DNA of 64,000 nt from an uncultured Rickettsiales bacterium (GTDB lineage: Bacteria > Pseudomonadota > Alphaproteobacteria > Rickettsiales > 21-14-0-20-44-7): contig CAZJFC010000002.1 of the NCBI GenBank assembly GCA_964545245.1, forward strand, positions 1,119 to 65,118. The letters run 5' to 3'. Below are positions 53,562-62,415 of the stretch, piece after piece. Under the pieces are notes generated by a model. That model was not told the origin of the DNA. It worked only from the letters and a program-made list of their open reading frames with translations, and did no database searches. Both the position numbers and the translations under genes were made by a program. Position 1 is the stretch's first letter; each line of letters begins with the position of its first letter.

Positions 53562-53938
53562 ACAAAGATCTCAACCATTTACCAGCAAACCTTCCGGCAT
53601 GGTTCTGTGTCGATAAGGATAACGGCATGAGCGACGCGGAGCTTCAGGATAAGATACGCCTTGAGATTTTCCGCGAAGTGACCAACCATGGCTATGACAT
53701 GCGCCTGTGGACGGAAGACTTCATTGAGGAAGTGGCGTTCATGTATTTCAGGAATTTCGAGCGCAGCTATAACGAGTTCTGCATGAAAGAGCTGAACCAT
53801 TACCTTGCGACCAACAGGCTGATGAACGCGTTTGAAGCGGGCATTACTTCAGGCCGCTCTTACCTTGATAACTTCCCGCAGCAAAGCCTGCAATTACCCA
53901 TGCTGCAGCCATATCCGCCGCATAAGCCGGGTTGTTAA
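53558..53938 (+). CDS. Hypothetical protein (126 aa)
   Basis: It is translationally coupled to the preceding ORF. I recognise no motif. Confidence 0.4.
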   Translation: MNKDLNHLPANLPAWFCVDKDNGMSDAELQDKIRLEIFREVTNHGYDMRLWTEDFIEEVAFMYFRNFERSYNEFCMKELNHYLATNRLMNAFEAGITSGRSYLDNFPQQSLQLPMLQPYPPHKPGC

Positions 53939-53992
53939 AGTTCTTTACATCGATAGTTAATTCCTGTATACCTTTCTCGTTTTAGGAAAAAG

Positions 53993-54850
53993 ATGGCGGA
54001 GATCCCACATAAGGTTTTGAAAATGCTGCGTAAGGACAGCGCTGCAAAAGCTGCCTTCATTGCGGATATGTACCTTGTCGCCAATCCTGATATTCCTTAT
54101 CCAAAATTTCTTTGCGAAGCGGTGCTCAGTTATTTTCATAGCGGTCGTCACCCTCTGGCTTTTAAAATTCTGCAAAGCGCTATAGAAAAGTTCCCGGATA
54201 ATAAAGTTGCGCCGAATATGCTGGCGCAGTTACTGGCCAAGGTGGGCAGGAATGAAGAGGCGATTGTGCAGCTACGTGAGAACCTGTGCAAGTTCCCGGA
54301 TGATGAAGTTGCGCCGACTATGCTGGCGCAGTTGCTTTTCAATAAGGGAGAAAGGGAAGAGGCGAAAGGAATTCTGGAAAAGCGGTTGCATGATAAGGTA
54401 GCTAAAACCATGTACGCTTCGCAAATAGCGCGGGAAGGGGATTTCCGTAATTGTCTGGATTTACTTATGGAAGTTTTTCAGCAGGAATTTAGTTTTCATG
54501 CGCTTGGCGTTTTAACTACTCTGGCCAGGCATGGAATCGGCGTGAAAGAACATCGTAATATTATGCAAATGGCGCGGTTAGGGATGGAGGATGAAGAAAG
54601 CCTTAAGCCGTATATCATAACGGATTATCCTCTTGTGGCTGATCTGGGCAGGTACATGCTCCCTGCTACTGCGCTAGAAGAAATAGATGAGATATTCACC
54701 CGCCATTCCCGCTCGGCGCTGATGGTAAGCGATGTAGAAATCAACTGGCAACCGATCAATAAGTTAGCGGCGACGGTAGTTCATAAGCCACTACCGCAGC
54801 ATGAGCGCAGGGATGATGTTTCACCGCAGGAAATGGTATCGGCCAGATAG
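53993..54850 (+). CDS. TPR-like repeat protein
   Basis: An internal tandem repeat of about 34 aa: FPDNKVAPNMLAQLLAKVGRNEEAIVQL / FPDDEVAPTMLAQLLFNKGEREEAKGIL. Confidence 0.5.
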   Translation: MAEIPHKVLKMLRKDSAAKAAFIADMYLVANPDIPYPKFLCEAVLSYFHSGRHPLAFKILQSAIEKFPDNKVAPNMLAQLLAKVGRNEEAIVQLRENLCKFPDDEVAPTMLAQLLFNKGEREEAKGILEKRLHDKVAKTMYASQIAREGDFRNCLDLLMEVFQQEFSFHALGVLTTLARHGIGVKEHRNIMQMARLGMEDEESLKPYIITDYPLVADLGRYMLPATALEEIDEIFTRHSRSALMVSDVEINWQPINKLAATVVHKPLPQHERRDDVSPQEMVSAR

Positions 54851-54854
54851 GCTA

Positions 54855-56612
54855 CTAAACCTGGTTCTTCGCTTCTTCTTCGTCCACTTCCGGTGTTTTG
54901 TCTTCCGGCGAAAGGATGACTTCATTATGGCCTGCACCGGCAGGGATCATCGGATAAACATTCTCCTTGTCATCAACAATAACATCGCAGACGACCGGGC
55001 CGTCGTGCTTTATCATCGCCTCAATGCCCTTATCAAGCTCTTTCACGTTATTGATGCGCATACCCTTGATGCCGAAGCTTTCCGCAAGGTCAACAAAATC
55101 GGGCAGGGCGTCCATATAGCTTTCTGAGTAGCGGTTGCCGTGGAACATCTGCTGCCACTGGCGCACCATGCCCATGTAGTGGTTATTGAGAATGAAAACC
55201 TTTACCGGCAGGCGGTATTGCTTAATCGTCGAAAGCTCCTGAATGCACATCATGATTGAAGCTTCTCCGGTAACACAAACGGTGAGTTCATCCGGGTGCG
55301 CGACCTGAACGCCGAGCGCGGATGGCAGGCCATAGCCCATTGTACCGAGCCCGCCGGAGGTCATCCAGCGGTTAGGATGGTTGAACTTCAGGTGTTGCGC
55401 CGCCCACATCTGGTGCTGGCCGACATCGGTGGTGACATAGAAATCCTTGCGCAGCTTGCCAGCAAAATGGTTGAGGCGTTGCAGAGCGTATTGCGGTTTT
55501 ATGATTTTTGCGCCCTGATTGAAGCGGAAGGAATCCTCCCCGCGCCATTCCTCGATTTTCTTCCACCACGGTTTGATATCCGGCTTTTTGACCTTCTGCG
55601 CTTTCCATTCGGCGATTATCTGGTCGATAACCAGCCCCGCATCACCAACGATAGGCAGATCAACGCGGATGGCCTTGTTGATGCTTGAACGGTCGATATC
55701 GATATGGATTTTCTTGGAATTCGGCGAGAATTTGTCCAGCTTGCCGGTCACGCGGTCATCGAACCTCGCGCCGATATTGAGCATAACATCACAGCCATGC
55801 ATGCACATATTCGCCTCAAGCGAGCCGTGCATGCCGAGCATTCCCAAAAATTCAGGCTCATTTGCCGGGTAAGCGCCAAGCCCCATAAGCGTGCTGGTGA
55901 TTGGAAAACCGGTGAGCTTAACCAGTTTCTTGAGTGATTTCGCTGCCTCTGGCCCGGCGTTGATAACCCCGCCGCCTGAATAAATGATCGGGCGTTTGGC
56001 TTTCGCAAGGAGTTTTACCGCTTCCTTGATAGCTTTCGGGTCGCCTTTAGTCGGGATTTTATATGATTTCCGCGCCTCGAACTTCACTTCCTTATAAGGG
56101 GTGGGGGTGTTGAGGACGTCTTTCGGCAGATCCACCACCACCGGGCCGGGGCGGCCAGTGCGGGCGATGTGGATGGCTTCGTGCATAACCGCGGCGAGCT
56201 TTGTAACGTCTTTTACGAGATAGTTATGCTTGGTGCATGGGCGGGTGATGCCGACAGTATCGGCTTCCTGGAACGCATCATAGCCAATTGAACCGGTCGG
56301 GACCTGCCCAGTGATGCAGATGATAGGGATGGAGTCCAGCAGCGCGTCGGCAAGGCCGGTAACGGTGTTGGTCGCGCCGGGGCCGGAAGTCACCAGGACC
56401 GCGCCGATCTTGCCGGTGGAGCGCGCATAGCCCTCCGCCGCATGGATTGCGCCCTGTTCGTGCCGCACAAGGATGTGCCGCAGGCGGTTTTGCTTGAACA
56501 ACGCGTCATAGATAGGCAGCACCGCGCCGCCGGGATAGCCGAATATAGTGTCCACGCCCGCGTCAAGCAGTGATTTGATAACGATTTCAGAGCCGGTGAG
56601 TTGTTTTGTCAT
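54855..56612 (-). CDS. ilvB: Acetolactate synthase (biosynthetic type) large subunit
   Basis: 585 aa. [14 protein letters not shown], the ThDP motif [15 protein letters not shown]...NN, and an FAD-binding middle domain. No small-subunit gene is adjacent. Confidence 0.88.
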   Translation of the reverse strand: MTKQLTGSEIVIKSLLDAGVDTIFGYPGGAVLPIYDALFKQNRLRHILVRHEQGAIHAAEGYARSTGKIGAVLVTSGPGATNTVTGLADALLDSIPIICITGQVPTGSIGYDAFQEADTVGITRPCTKHNYLVKDVTKLAAVMHEAIHIARTGRPGPVVVDLPKDVLNTPTPYKEVKFEARKSYKIPTKGDPKAIKEAVKLLAKAKRPIIYSGGGVINAGPEAAKSLKKLVKLTGFPITSTLMGLGAYPANEPEFLGMLGMHGSLEANMCMHGCDVMLNIGARFDDRVTGKLDKFSPNSKKIHIDIDRSSINKAIRVDLPIVGDAGLVIDQIIAEWKAQKVKKPDIKPWWKKIEEWRGEDSFRFNQGAKIIKPQYALQRLNHFAGKLRKDFYVTTDVGQHQMWAAQHLKFNHPNRWMTSGGLGTMGYGLPSALGVQVAHPDELTVCVTGEASIMMCIQELSTIKQYRLPVKVFILNNHYMGMVRQWQQMFHGNRYSESYMDALPDFVDLAESFGIKGMRINNVKELDKGIEAMIKHDGPVVCDVIVDDKENVYPMIPAGAGHNEVILSPEDKTPEVDEEEAKNQV

Positions 56613-56872
56613 AATCTTTTCTCTAGGGGGCGGAATATATACAAATTTTCCCGAAAAACAAGAATTTCCAGCAAGCGCCCCTTTGGGTGGATTGATAGAT
56701 AAAACCTATCAATATTCAAAAATCGATAAGTTTTACTTATGGATATTGTTTCACGCTCATGACCTTATTCTGCCGGGTAATGGTTTAAAATACACAAAAA
56801 GTCAGCATTTTAATAAAACCGCAACATGAGTATGTTACTAAATATTAGCGCTATATTTTTTTAGGGGTAATT

Positions 56873-57574
56873 ATGAAGTTGAAAGATTTGCTTAATGATA
56901 AAATCGAGATAACTCCGTCCGATATGGAGATTTTTAACTTATACGACCACACGCCCGCAGATGGGGACAAGTTAACTTTTCGTGATGTCATTGATTCGTT
57001 GTATAAGCACGAAGAATTCATGTCCCGTTCCAGTGTGGGGGAATTTGCAGATGCTGTAATCAAAAGGGCTTTAAAGGAGCGTCAAGGGGATGAAGCCTTT
57101 AAGGAAGAGGCGGCACAGGCGGCGGCGGGAGAACAGTTTGAGCAAAAACTTACCCGCGCAGCGTCACTTTTAGGGATGTTGGATAGAATTGATAAGGATA
57201 AAGAAGAGTTTGGGCGATTAGATAAGTTGAGGTTGCAGGAAGGGCTGTCCGCGCTGGAGGGAATAATCACCGATAAGCGGGATTTTTATGCAAAAAGCGC
57301 AGAAAGCAGGAAAGAGCGCTACACGCCGGAGTTTATAGAAAAACGGGCAGAAAAAATGATGCAGGGTTTTGATTGTGACAATCCGGGAGCGACCGCTGAG
57401 CAAAAAGACGCGTATTACCGCGAAGTGCTGCAGAAGCTGACAGACGCTCCCCAAAAAGACGCGAATATGGCTGTGCGGTGCAAAGAGCTTATCGGGAAAG
57501 TTAATGAAATCGCCGCTGATTTGGGAATCAACCTGCATGGCCGTGGTGAGCCGGACAGGGGAAAAGGCGGCTAA
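56873..57574 (+). CDS. Hypothetical charged/coiled-coil protein (233 aa)
   Basis: An ORF with no recognisable motif. It converges on murB, and the 3' ends overlap by 4 nt. Confidence 0.4.
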   Translation: MKLKDLLNDKIEITPSDMEIFNLYDHTPADGDKLTFRDVIDSLYKHEEFMSRSSVGEFADAVIKRALKERQGDEAFKEEAAQAAAGEQFEQKLTRAASLLGMLDRIDKDKEEFGRLDKLRLQEGLSALEGIITDKRDFYAKSAESRKERYTPEFIEKRAEKMMQGFDCDNPGATAEQKDAYYREVLQKLTDAPQKDANMAVRCKELIGKVNEIAADLGINLHGRGEPDRGKGG

Positions 57575-58617
57575 GCTTTGCCGATAACCTTGATTTCCGG
57601 CTCAAGTTTTATACCTGACCTTTCAAATACACGTTTCTGAATTTCAAGGATAAGGTTCTCAAGGTCGGAAGCTGTTGCAGTGCCGGTATTGATAATAAAA
57701 TTGCAGTGCTTTTCGGAAACCTGCGCGCCGCCGATTGTAAACCCACGCAATCCTGCTGCATCTATGAGCTGCCAGGCTTTTAACCCTCCCCCATCCCCTC
57801 CCTCAGGGAGGGGAGAAGAAAGGGATTTCACTCCCTCAGGGAGGGGGAAGTTTAAGCCTCCCACCGCTTGCGGGGGGAGGTTGGAGGGGGGGGCGGGGTT
57901 TTTGAACGTGCTGCCCCCGGTGCGGGTGCGAATTGGCTGTGACTCCTCCCGCGCGGTTTTGATCTCATTCATTTTTGCATAAATCGCGGTAGGTTCCCCC
58001 GGTTCACCGCGCAGCACCGCTCCGGTCACGATGTAATCATCCCCCGCAAGGAGAGCGGATTTGCGGTAAGAGAATTTGAGGTCATCATTGCTTAGGGTTT
58101 TAACATTGCCGCTAAAGTCAACCACCGTAGCTTCCACCAGAACATCCTTGGTTTCCTTGCCATACGCGCCGCCGTTCATCTTCACTGCGCCGCCGATCGT
58201 GCCGGGAATCCCCACCAGGAATTCCAGCCCGGCAATTCCGTTTTCCGCGGCGAAAGTTGCAACATTTACGTCAAGCGCGGCGGCGCCCACTTTAATAGTT
58301 GCCGGGTTTAAAGACTCCGAAACTCCGAAACTCCGAAACTCCGAAACTTCTACCTTGGCAAATTCCCTCCCCAGCTTGATTACCACGCCCTCAATCCCGC
58401 CATCGCGGATGATGATATTCGAGCCGACGCCAAGCACCGTAACCGGGATATCCTCCGGTTTATTTTTCAAAAAATGCACAAGGTCATCAATATCGGCGGG
58501 CTTGAACAGCACCTCGGCAGGGCCGCCCACGCGGAACCAGTTGGTTTTGCTGAGGTCGGCGTTTTCAGTATAACGCCCACGGATTTGTGGGAGGTTATTA
58601 AGCAACTTTATTACCAA
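57571..58617 (-). CDS. murB: UDP-N-acetylenolpyruvoylglucosamine reductase (carries two in-frame repeat insertions)
   Basis: [44 protein letters not shown] and [11 protein letters not shown]. The start is uncertain: TTG at 58617 or 58605, overlapping the murC end. The ORF-track ATG at 58824 lies deep inside murC. Confidence 0.85.
   Translation of the reverse strand: MVIKLLNNLPQIRGRYTENADLSKTNWFRVGGPAEVLFKPADIDDLVHFLKNKPEDIPVTVLGVGSNIIIRDGGIEGVVIKLGREFAKVEVSEFRSFGVSESLNPATIKVGAAALDVNVATFAAENGIAGLEFLVGIPGTIGGAVKMNGGAYGKETKDVLVEATVVDFSGNVKTLSNDDLKFSYRKSALLAGDDYIVTGAVLRGEPGEPTAIYAKMNEIKTAREESQPIRTRTGGSTFKNPAPPSNLPPQAVGGLNFPLPEGVKSLSSPLPEGGDGGGLKAWQLIDAAGLRGFTIGGAQVSEKHCNFIINTGTATASDLENLILEIQKRVFERSGIKLEPEIKVIGKA
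57783..57897. repeat. G/C-rich multi-hairpin element inside the murB coding sequence
   Basis: CCCCTCCCTCAGGGAGGGG, CTCCCTCAGGGAGGGGG and CCTCCCACCGCTTGCGGGGGGAGG. It is translated as [38 protein letters not shown] between the conserved FKNP and AWQLID blocks. Confidence 0.75.
58314..58349. repeat. Octanucleotide tandem repeat ACTCCGAA x4.5 inside the murB coding sequence
   Basis: Perfect copies lie at 58314, 58322, 58330 and 58338, with a partial copy at 58346. The minus strand GAGTTTCG x4 encodes [13 protein letters not shown]. Confidence 0.9.
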
Positions 58618-60016
58618 GTTTCTCAAGTCCCTCAGGAAGTTTGGCCGCCATATAGGTAATTGACCCCGCGCCAAGGCATACCACAATATCCCCCGGTTTT
58701 GTATTCTCGGAAACCAGCTTCGGCAAATCCGCCTCATTCTCCAGCCCGGTTGCCCATTTATGGCCGTGCTGTTTGATTCCGGCCACCAGCGAATCGCGGC
58801 TGATGCCTTCGATCGGCTCCTCACCAGCGGTATAAATATCGGTCACGATAACCTTGTCGGCATCGTTGAAGCATTTGCAGAATTCCTCGAACAGATCGCG
58901 CACGCGGGTGAAGCGGTGCGGCTGGATGACGGCCACCACGCTGCCTTTGGTCACGCTGCGCGCGGCCTGCAATGTCGCCATGATCTCGGTCGGGTGGTGG
59001 GCGTAATCATCAATGATGCTTACCCCGTTCACCTCGGCGATTTTGGTGAAGCGGCGCTTAACCCCCTCAAACCCGGCAAAAGCCTTCTTGATGATCTTAT
59101 CGCGGATTTTAAGCTCATGCCCAACCGCAACCACCGCCAACGAATTAAGGATATTATGGTTACCCGGCATCGGCACATGGATATCGGCAATGGTGGTGTC
59201 GCCAATCACCGCATCATAGGTGGAGCCGTTCGCGTCGGTGCGGATATTCACCGCTTTCACATCTGCCTGCGGGTTAATGCCATAGGTAATGATGCGCCTG
59301 TCCTGGATCTGCCCGATGAGGTTCTGCACTTCCTTATGGTCAATGCACATAACCGCGAAGCCATAGAACGGGATATTGCTCACGAAGCTTTTGAATGCTT
59401 CCTTCGCCTTTTCAAAGCTGCCGTAATAATCAAGGTGTTCCGGCTCGATATTCGTAACCACCGCCACACTCGCCGGGATTTTGTTGAATGTCCCGTCAGA
59501 TTCATCCGCCTCCACCACCATCCATTCACTTTCGCCGACATGGGCGTTGGTGCCGAGCGCGTTGATGATGCCGCCATTGATGATGGTAGGGTCAAGGTTC
59601 GCCTCTTTCAAAAGCGTTGCCATCATGGTTGTGGTTGTGGTTTTGCCGTGCGTGCCAGCAATCGCAATTGCAATTTTAAGGCGCATCAGCTCGGCTAACA
59701 TCTCCGAGCGTCGCACAACCGGGATGTGGGCTTCACGCGCCGCGACAACCTCCGGGTTGTCTGCCTTAACCGCTGAGGAAATCACCACCACGCTTGCGCC
59801 TTCGATATTTTCGGCTTTTTGCCCCTGCATCACTTTAAGCCCAAGTTTTTGCAGGCGCTCAGTGTTGTAATTGCTGGAAAGGTCGGAGCCTTGCACGGTG
59901 AATTTGAGGTTATGCAGCACTTCGGCGATACCGCTCATCCCGATGCCGCCGATGCCGACAAAATGGATAGTGCCGACTTCGAGCGAGAGCTTGCTGGTGA
60001 GGGGGAGGATTTTCAT
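58598..60016 (-). CDS. murC: UDP-N-acetylmuramate--L-alanine ligase
   Basis: [30 protein letters not shown], and Mur ligase middle and C-terminal domains. Confidence 0.92.
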   Translation of the reverse strand: MKILPLTSKLSLEVGTIHFVGIGGIGMSGIAEVLHNLKFTVQGSDLSSNYNTERLQKLGLKVMQGQKAENIEGASVVVISSAVKADNPEVVAAREAHIPVVRRSEMLAELMRLKIAIAIAGTHGKTTTTTMMATLLKEANLDPTIINGGIINALGTNAHVGESEWMVVEADESDGTFNKIPASVAVVTNIEPEHLDYYGSFEKAKEAFKSFVSNIPFYGFAVMCIDHKEVQNLIGQIQDRRIITYGINPQADVKAVNIRTDANGSTYDAVIGDTTIADIHVPMPGNHNILNSLAVVAVGHELKIRDKIIKKAFAGFEGVKRRFTKIAEVNGVSIIDDYAHHPTEIMATLQAARSVTKGSVVAVIQPHRFTRVRDLFEEFCKCFNDADKVIVTDIYTAGEEPIEGISRDSLVAGIKQHGHKWATGLENEADLPKLVSENTKPGDIVVCLGAGSITYMAAKLPEGLEKLGNKVA

Positions 60017-60019
60017 GAT

Positions 60020-60442
60020 TCAGTCAATGTAATATTTTATGGCGAAGTTTTGAAGCGCTTTAGTTATTATCGGGTCAGATTTGTATTTTTCCAGAAGATG
60101 TTTCTCCTGTTCCGGTACGGTTGTCCTGCAACCTTCTTTCCTTATTTCCTCTCCCACTATTTTCTCATCGCCATCCATTATCTCAAGATATCCAAAGCAT
60201 GTTTGGGCTTTAGGCAGGAAATCCCTGACGTCTTTGGGGTAGGAATTCAGCTCCAGGCAATGGGCCAGAGCGGAAAAACCCATTGCGATACCATCCATCC
60301 CGCTGTTATAGTCAGGGGTGGTGTGCCTATAGCTTTCCTCAATGTAATATTTGCATTCCTCAAGGAGTTTGCGGTTTCCCAATTCTTCGGAATACCCGGC
60401 GTAGGGGAGCGAGATGAGAGCTATGAACAGCAGGGTTCTCAT
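60020..60442 (-). CDS. Small secreted Cys-containing hypothetical protein
   Basis: 140 aa, a signal peptide MRTLLFIALISLPYAGYS, and 4 Cys. Its ATG overlaps the hepT stop (ATGA), and its stop lies 3 nt before the murC ATG. Confidence 0.45.
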   Translation of the reverse strand: MRTLLFIALISLPYAGYSEELGNRKLLEECKYYIEESYRHTTPDYNSGMDGIAMGFSALAHCLELNSYPKDVRDFLPKAQTCFGYLEIMDGDEKIVGEEIRKEGCRTTVPEQEKHLLEKYKSDPIITKALQNFAIKYYID

Positions 60443-60774
60443 GGGTTAAATGATATAATGATGTTTTGGAGTTGTTGCTTTAAAAAAGGGATGTCATTCT
60501 TCACTGTATTTTCCACAATGTTGATGTCGATTTTATCATATTCATGTGCGATAAAATTTCTCATGGAAATAATCTCCCTCCAGCCGATCTCAGGAAATTG
60601 GGTTTTTGTTTCTTCGGAGATTTTATTGGCTGCCTCGCCAATGATTTGTATCAGGTAGATTGTGGAATAATAGGTTTTTTTGTCTTCTATACTTCCTTCG
60701 GAAATTGACTCGATATCACTTATGGCGGACAGAATATGGGTTAGCCGCTGCAAATCCCTTTCTTTACTGCTCAT
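60439..60774 (-). CDS. hepT: HEPN-domain (DUF86/HepT) toxin
   Basis: 111 aa with the R-x4-H-x-Y motif MRNFIAHEYDKID. Confidence 0.8.
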   Translation of the reverse strand: MSSKERDLQRLTHILSAISDIESISEGSIEDKKTYYSTIYLIQIIGEAANKISEETKTQFPEIGWREIISMRNFIAHEYDKIDINIVENTVKNDIPFLKQQLQNIIISFNP

Positions 60775-61061
60775 AACGGGACACCGCTATCTTTAAATGA
60801 ATCAAACACTGAAGGGGAAACCCTGTTCCCGTCGGTCACGATGTCCACTTTGCAGTGAAGAAGGTCTTCAAGGGAATTCTGGAATTGCGCCAGTTTCAGC
60901 AATGAGGACTGTGGTGCGCTGACCATAAAATCAATATCGCTGGTTTCCGTTTCTTTGCCATGTGCGACTGAGCCGAATACGCGGATATTGGAAACGCCAT
61001 ATTGCGAGGCAAGTTCAACTATGCTGTTTTTATAATTTTGCCTTAAGGTCTGTAGGTTCAT
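60771..61061 (-). CDS. mntA: Minimal nucleotidyltransferase (MntA) antitoxin
   Basis: 96 aa with the motif RVFGSVAHGKETETSDIDFMV, i.e. GS-x9-11-(D/E)xD. It has an ATGA overlap with hepT. Confidence 0.8.
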   Translation of the reverse strand: MNLQTLRQNYKNSIVELASQYGVSNIRVFGSVAHGKETETSDIDFMVSAPQSSLLKLAQFQNSLEDLLHCKVDIVTDGNRVSPSVFDSFKDSGVPL

Positions 61062-61107
61062 ACATAATCCAGATATAGCTCGAATCTAGCATAATATGCT
61101 ATTCCAA

Positions 61108-61386
61108 TCAAGGTATTGGTGGAATATTCGCATATTGCAGCTTCTTCTTCTTCCTCCAGATACCAAAAACGCTTATGCTTATCCAGAAAATTTCAATGAT
61201 GAAAGAGGCAAGGTTGAAGGTGAAACACAGCGAAAACAGGATAAAAATCGCTGCAAAAGCGTTCATGTATAGATATATCCAGTCATCGCTTTTGAGCTTT
61301 TCCGCCTGCAAAAGGAAATAGGCGACGATAAGCAATATCGTTCCCGTAACCCCGATGATATCGGGCATTTTTGCAAGTGTTTCCAT
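61108..61386 (-). CDS. Small 3-TM membrane protein
   Basis: 92 aa with three hydrophobic segments and the C-terminus WRKKKKL. Its start overlaps the upstream methyltransferase stop (TAATG). Confidence 0.4.
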   Translation of the reverse strand: METLAKMPDIIGVTGTILLIVAYFLLQAEKLKSDDWIYLYMNAFAAIFILFSLCFTFNLASFIIEIFWISISVFGIWRKKKKLQYANIPPIP

Positions 61387-62393
61387 TATTTTTTCTCCGC
61401 GATATAAAGCACGTCACTGCCAAGGTTTTCGGTGGGGACTTCCTGCGAATGGAAGAGTTTGAACCCTTGTTTTTCCAGCACCGATTTGACATAGGAATCA
61501 GAATGGCCGAAAACCATCGTGCCGGGGATGAAATGCCATTCCGCCGTATTCAGCGGTTTCACGTTGAAGGCAAAAGTGCCGCCATCGTTGAGTACGTTTT
61601 TAACCTGCGCGAATAGCGGGTTCAGGTCGCCCACATTGTCCAGATAAAAAGTGCAGATGACCAGATCGAACTTATTGCTGGTTTCCTTAAGATAATCTTC
61701 GGGGAATCTGGTAACGAGGGTGTTATAGACCAGCACGTCTTCTTCGCGGCGGTTACGGGAAAGGGCTGTCATCTTGAGCGAAGGGTCAACCCCCACGATA
61801 GAATTTGCAATTTTGCGGACAGTCAGTGCAGATTCCCCGCCATTGGTTCCCAGCGTGAGGACATTGAAGCCGAGCCTTTCATCCCCATAATAACGGGCGA
61901 GTTCCCCGGTGAGGATTTGGTGGAAAGGTTTTGAAACATTATTTGAGAAATCCTCAAAAACGCTGGGCAGGGCGAGGGTATCGGCCTTTTCAATGATATA
62001 TGAGCGCGGAATGCTTGTAACCGGCGGCAGCGCCCCGCAGACTGAAAGGAGAAAACGCGCCTCATCCATTTCAGGCTTCAGGGTGAGCGCGGCCTGTAGG
62101 GGTGGAACGGCTTTTTCAAACTTGGTCTGGAAAACCAGCGCTTTGCCGAGCAGATAGTTTGCGATCGCGTTATTTTTATTGAAGAACAGGACGATTTTAA
62201 ACCTAAGCCCCGCATCGTAAAAATTCCCCGCCCGCATATGGTGGATGCCAAGCTCCATATTGGATTTTTCGATATTCTTGAGCTTGTTCAGCCAGATATC
62301 GAATTGTTGCGGGATTTTATTGATGAAAGCAATAAAGCTGTCCATTGCAGATTGCTGTGGTTTTTCCCGATTATTCTGGTTATTTTCAGCCAT
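61386..62393 (-). CDS. TPR + class I SAM-dependent methyltransferase-like protein
   Basis: The N-terminal region is TPR-like (AGNFYDAGLRFKIVLFFNKNNAIANYLLGKAL). The C-terminal half is Rossmann-like (VLTLGTNGGESA...VGVDPS...DLVICTFYL). Confidence 0.5.
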   Translation of the reverse strand: MAENNQNNREKPQQSAMDSFIAFINKIPQQFDIWLNKLKNIEKSNMELGIHHMRAGNFYDAGLRFKIVLFFNKNNAIANYLLGKALVFQTKFEKAVPPLQAALTLKPEMDEARFLLSVCGALPPVTSIPRSYIIEKADTLALPSVFEDFSNNVSKPFHQILTGELARYYGDERLGFNVLTLGTNGGESALTVRKIANSIVGVDPSLKMTALSRNRREEDVLVYNTLVTRFPEDYLKETSNKFDLVICTFYLDNVGDLNPLFAQVKNVLNDGGTFAFNVKPLNTAEWHFIPGTMVFGHSDSYVKSVLEKQGFKLFHSQEVPTENLGSDVLYIAEKK

Positions 62394-62415
62394 GTGGGCA
62401 GACTAGATTAATTTT

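Noticed and set aside
54855-56612. Acetolactate synthase large subunit without an adjacent small subunit, considered as a sign of a novel ThDP enzyme.
   Set aside because: The sequence has all the biosynthetic ALS hallmarks, and the small subunit may simply be encoded elsewhere. This is not enough to call it unusual from this window alone.
58617-58824. ATG start of the murB ORF at 58824 given by the ORF track.
   Set aside because: The first roughly 70 codons lie inside murC in another frame and give an Arg/Trp-rich non-MurB sequence. MurB homology starts near LNNLPQIRG, so a TTG start at 58617 or 58605 is more plausible, though unproven.
58760-59698. 312-aa plus-strand ORF antisense to murC (also 59819..60658, 279 aa).
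   Set aside because: These are long antisense ORFs, typical of GC-rich coding DNA. murC on the minus strand has unmistakable Mur-ligase motifs, and the antisense translations are Arg/His/Ala-rich nonsense.
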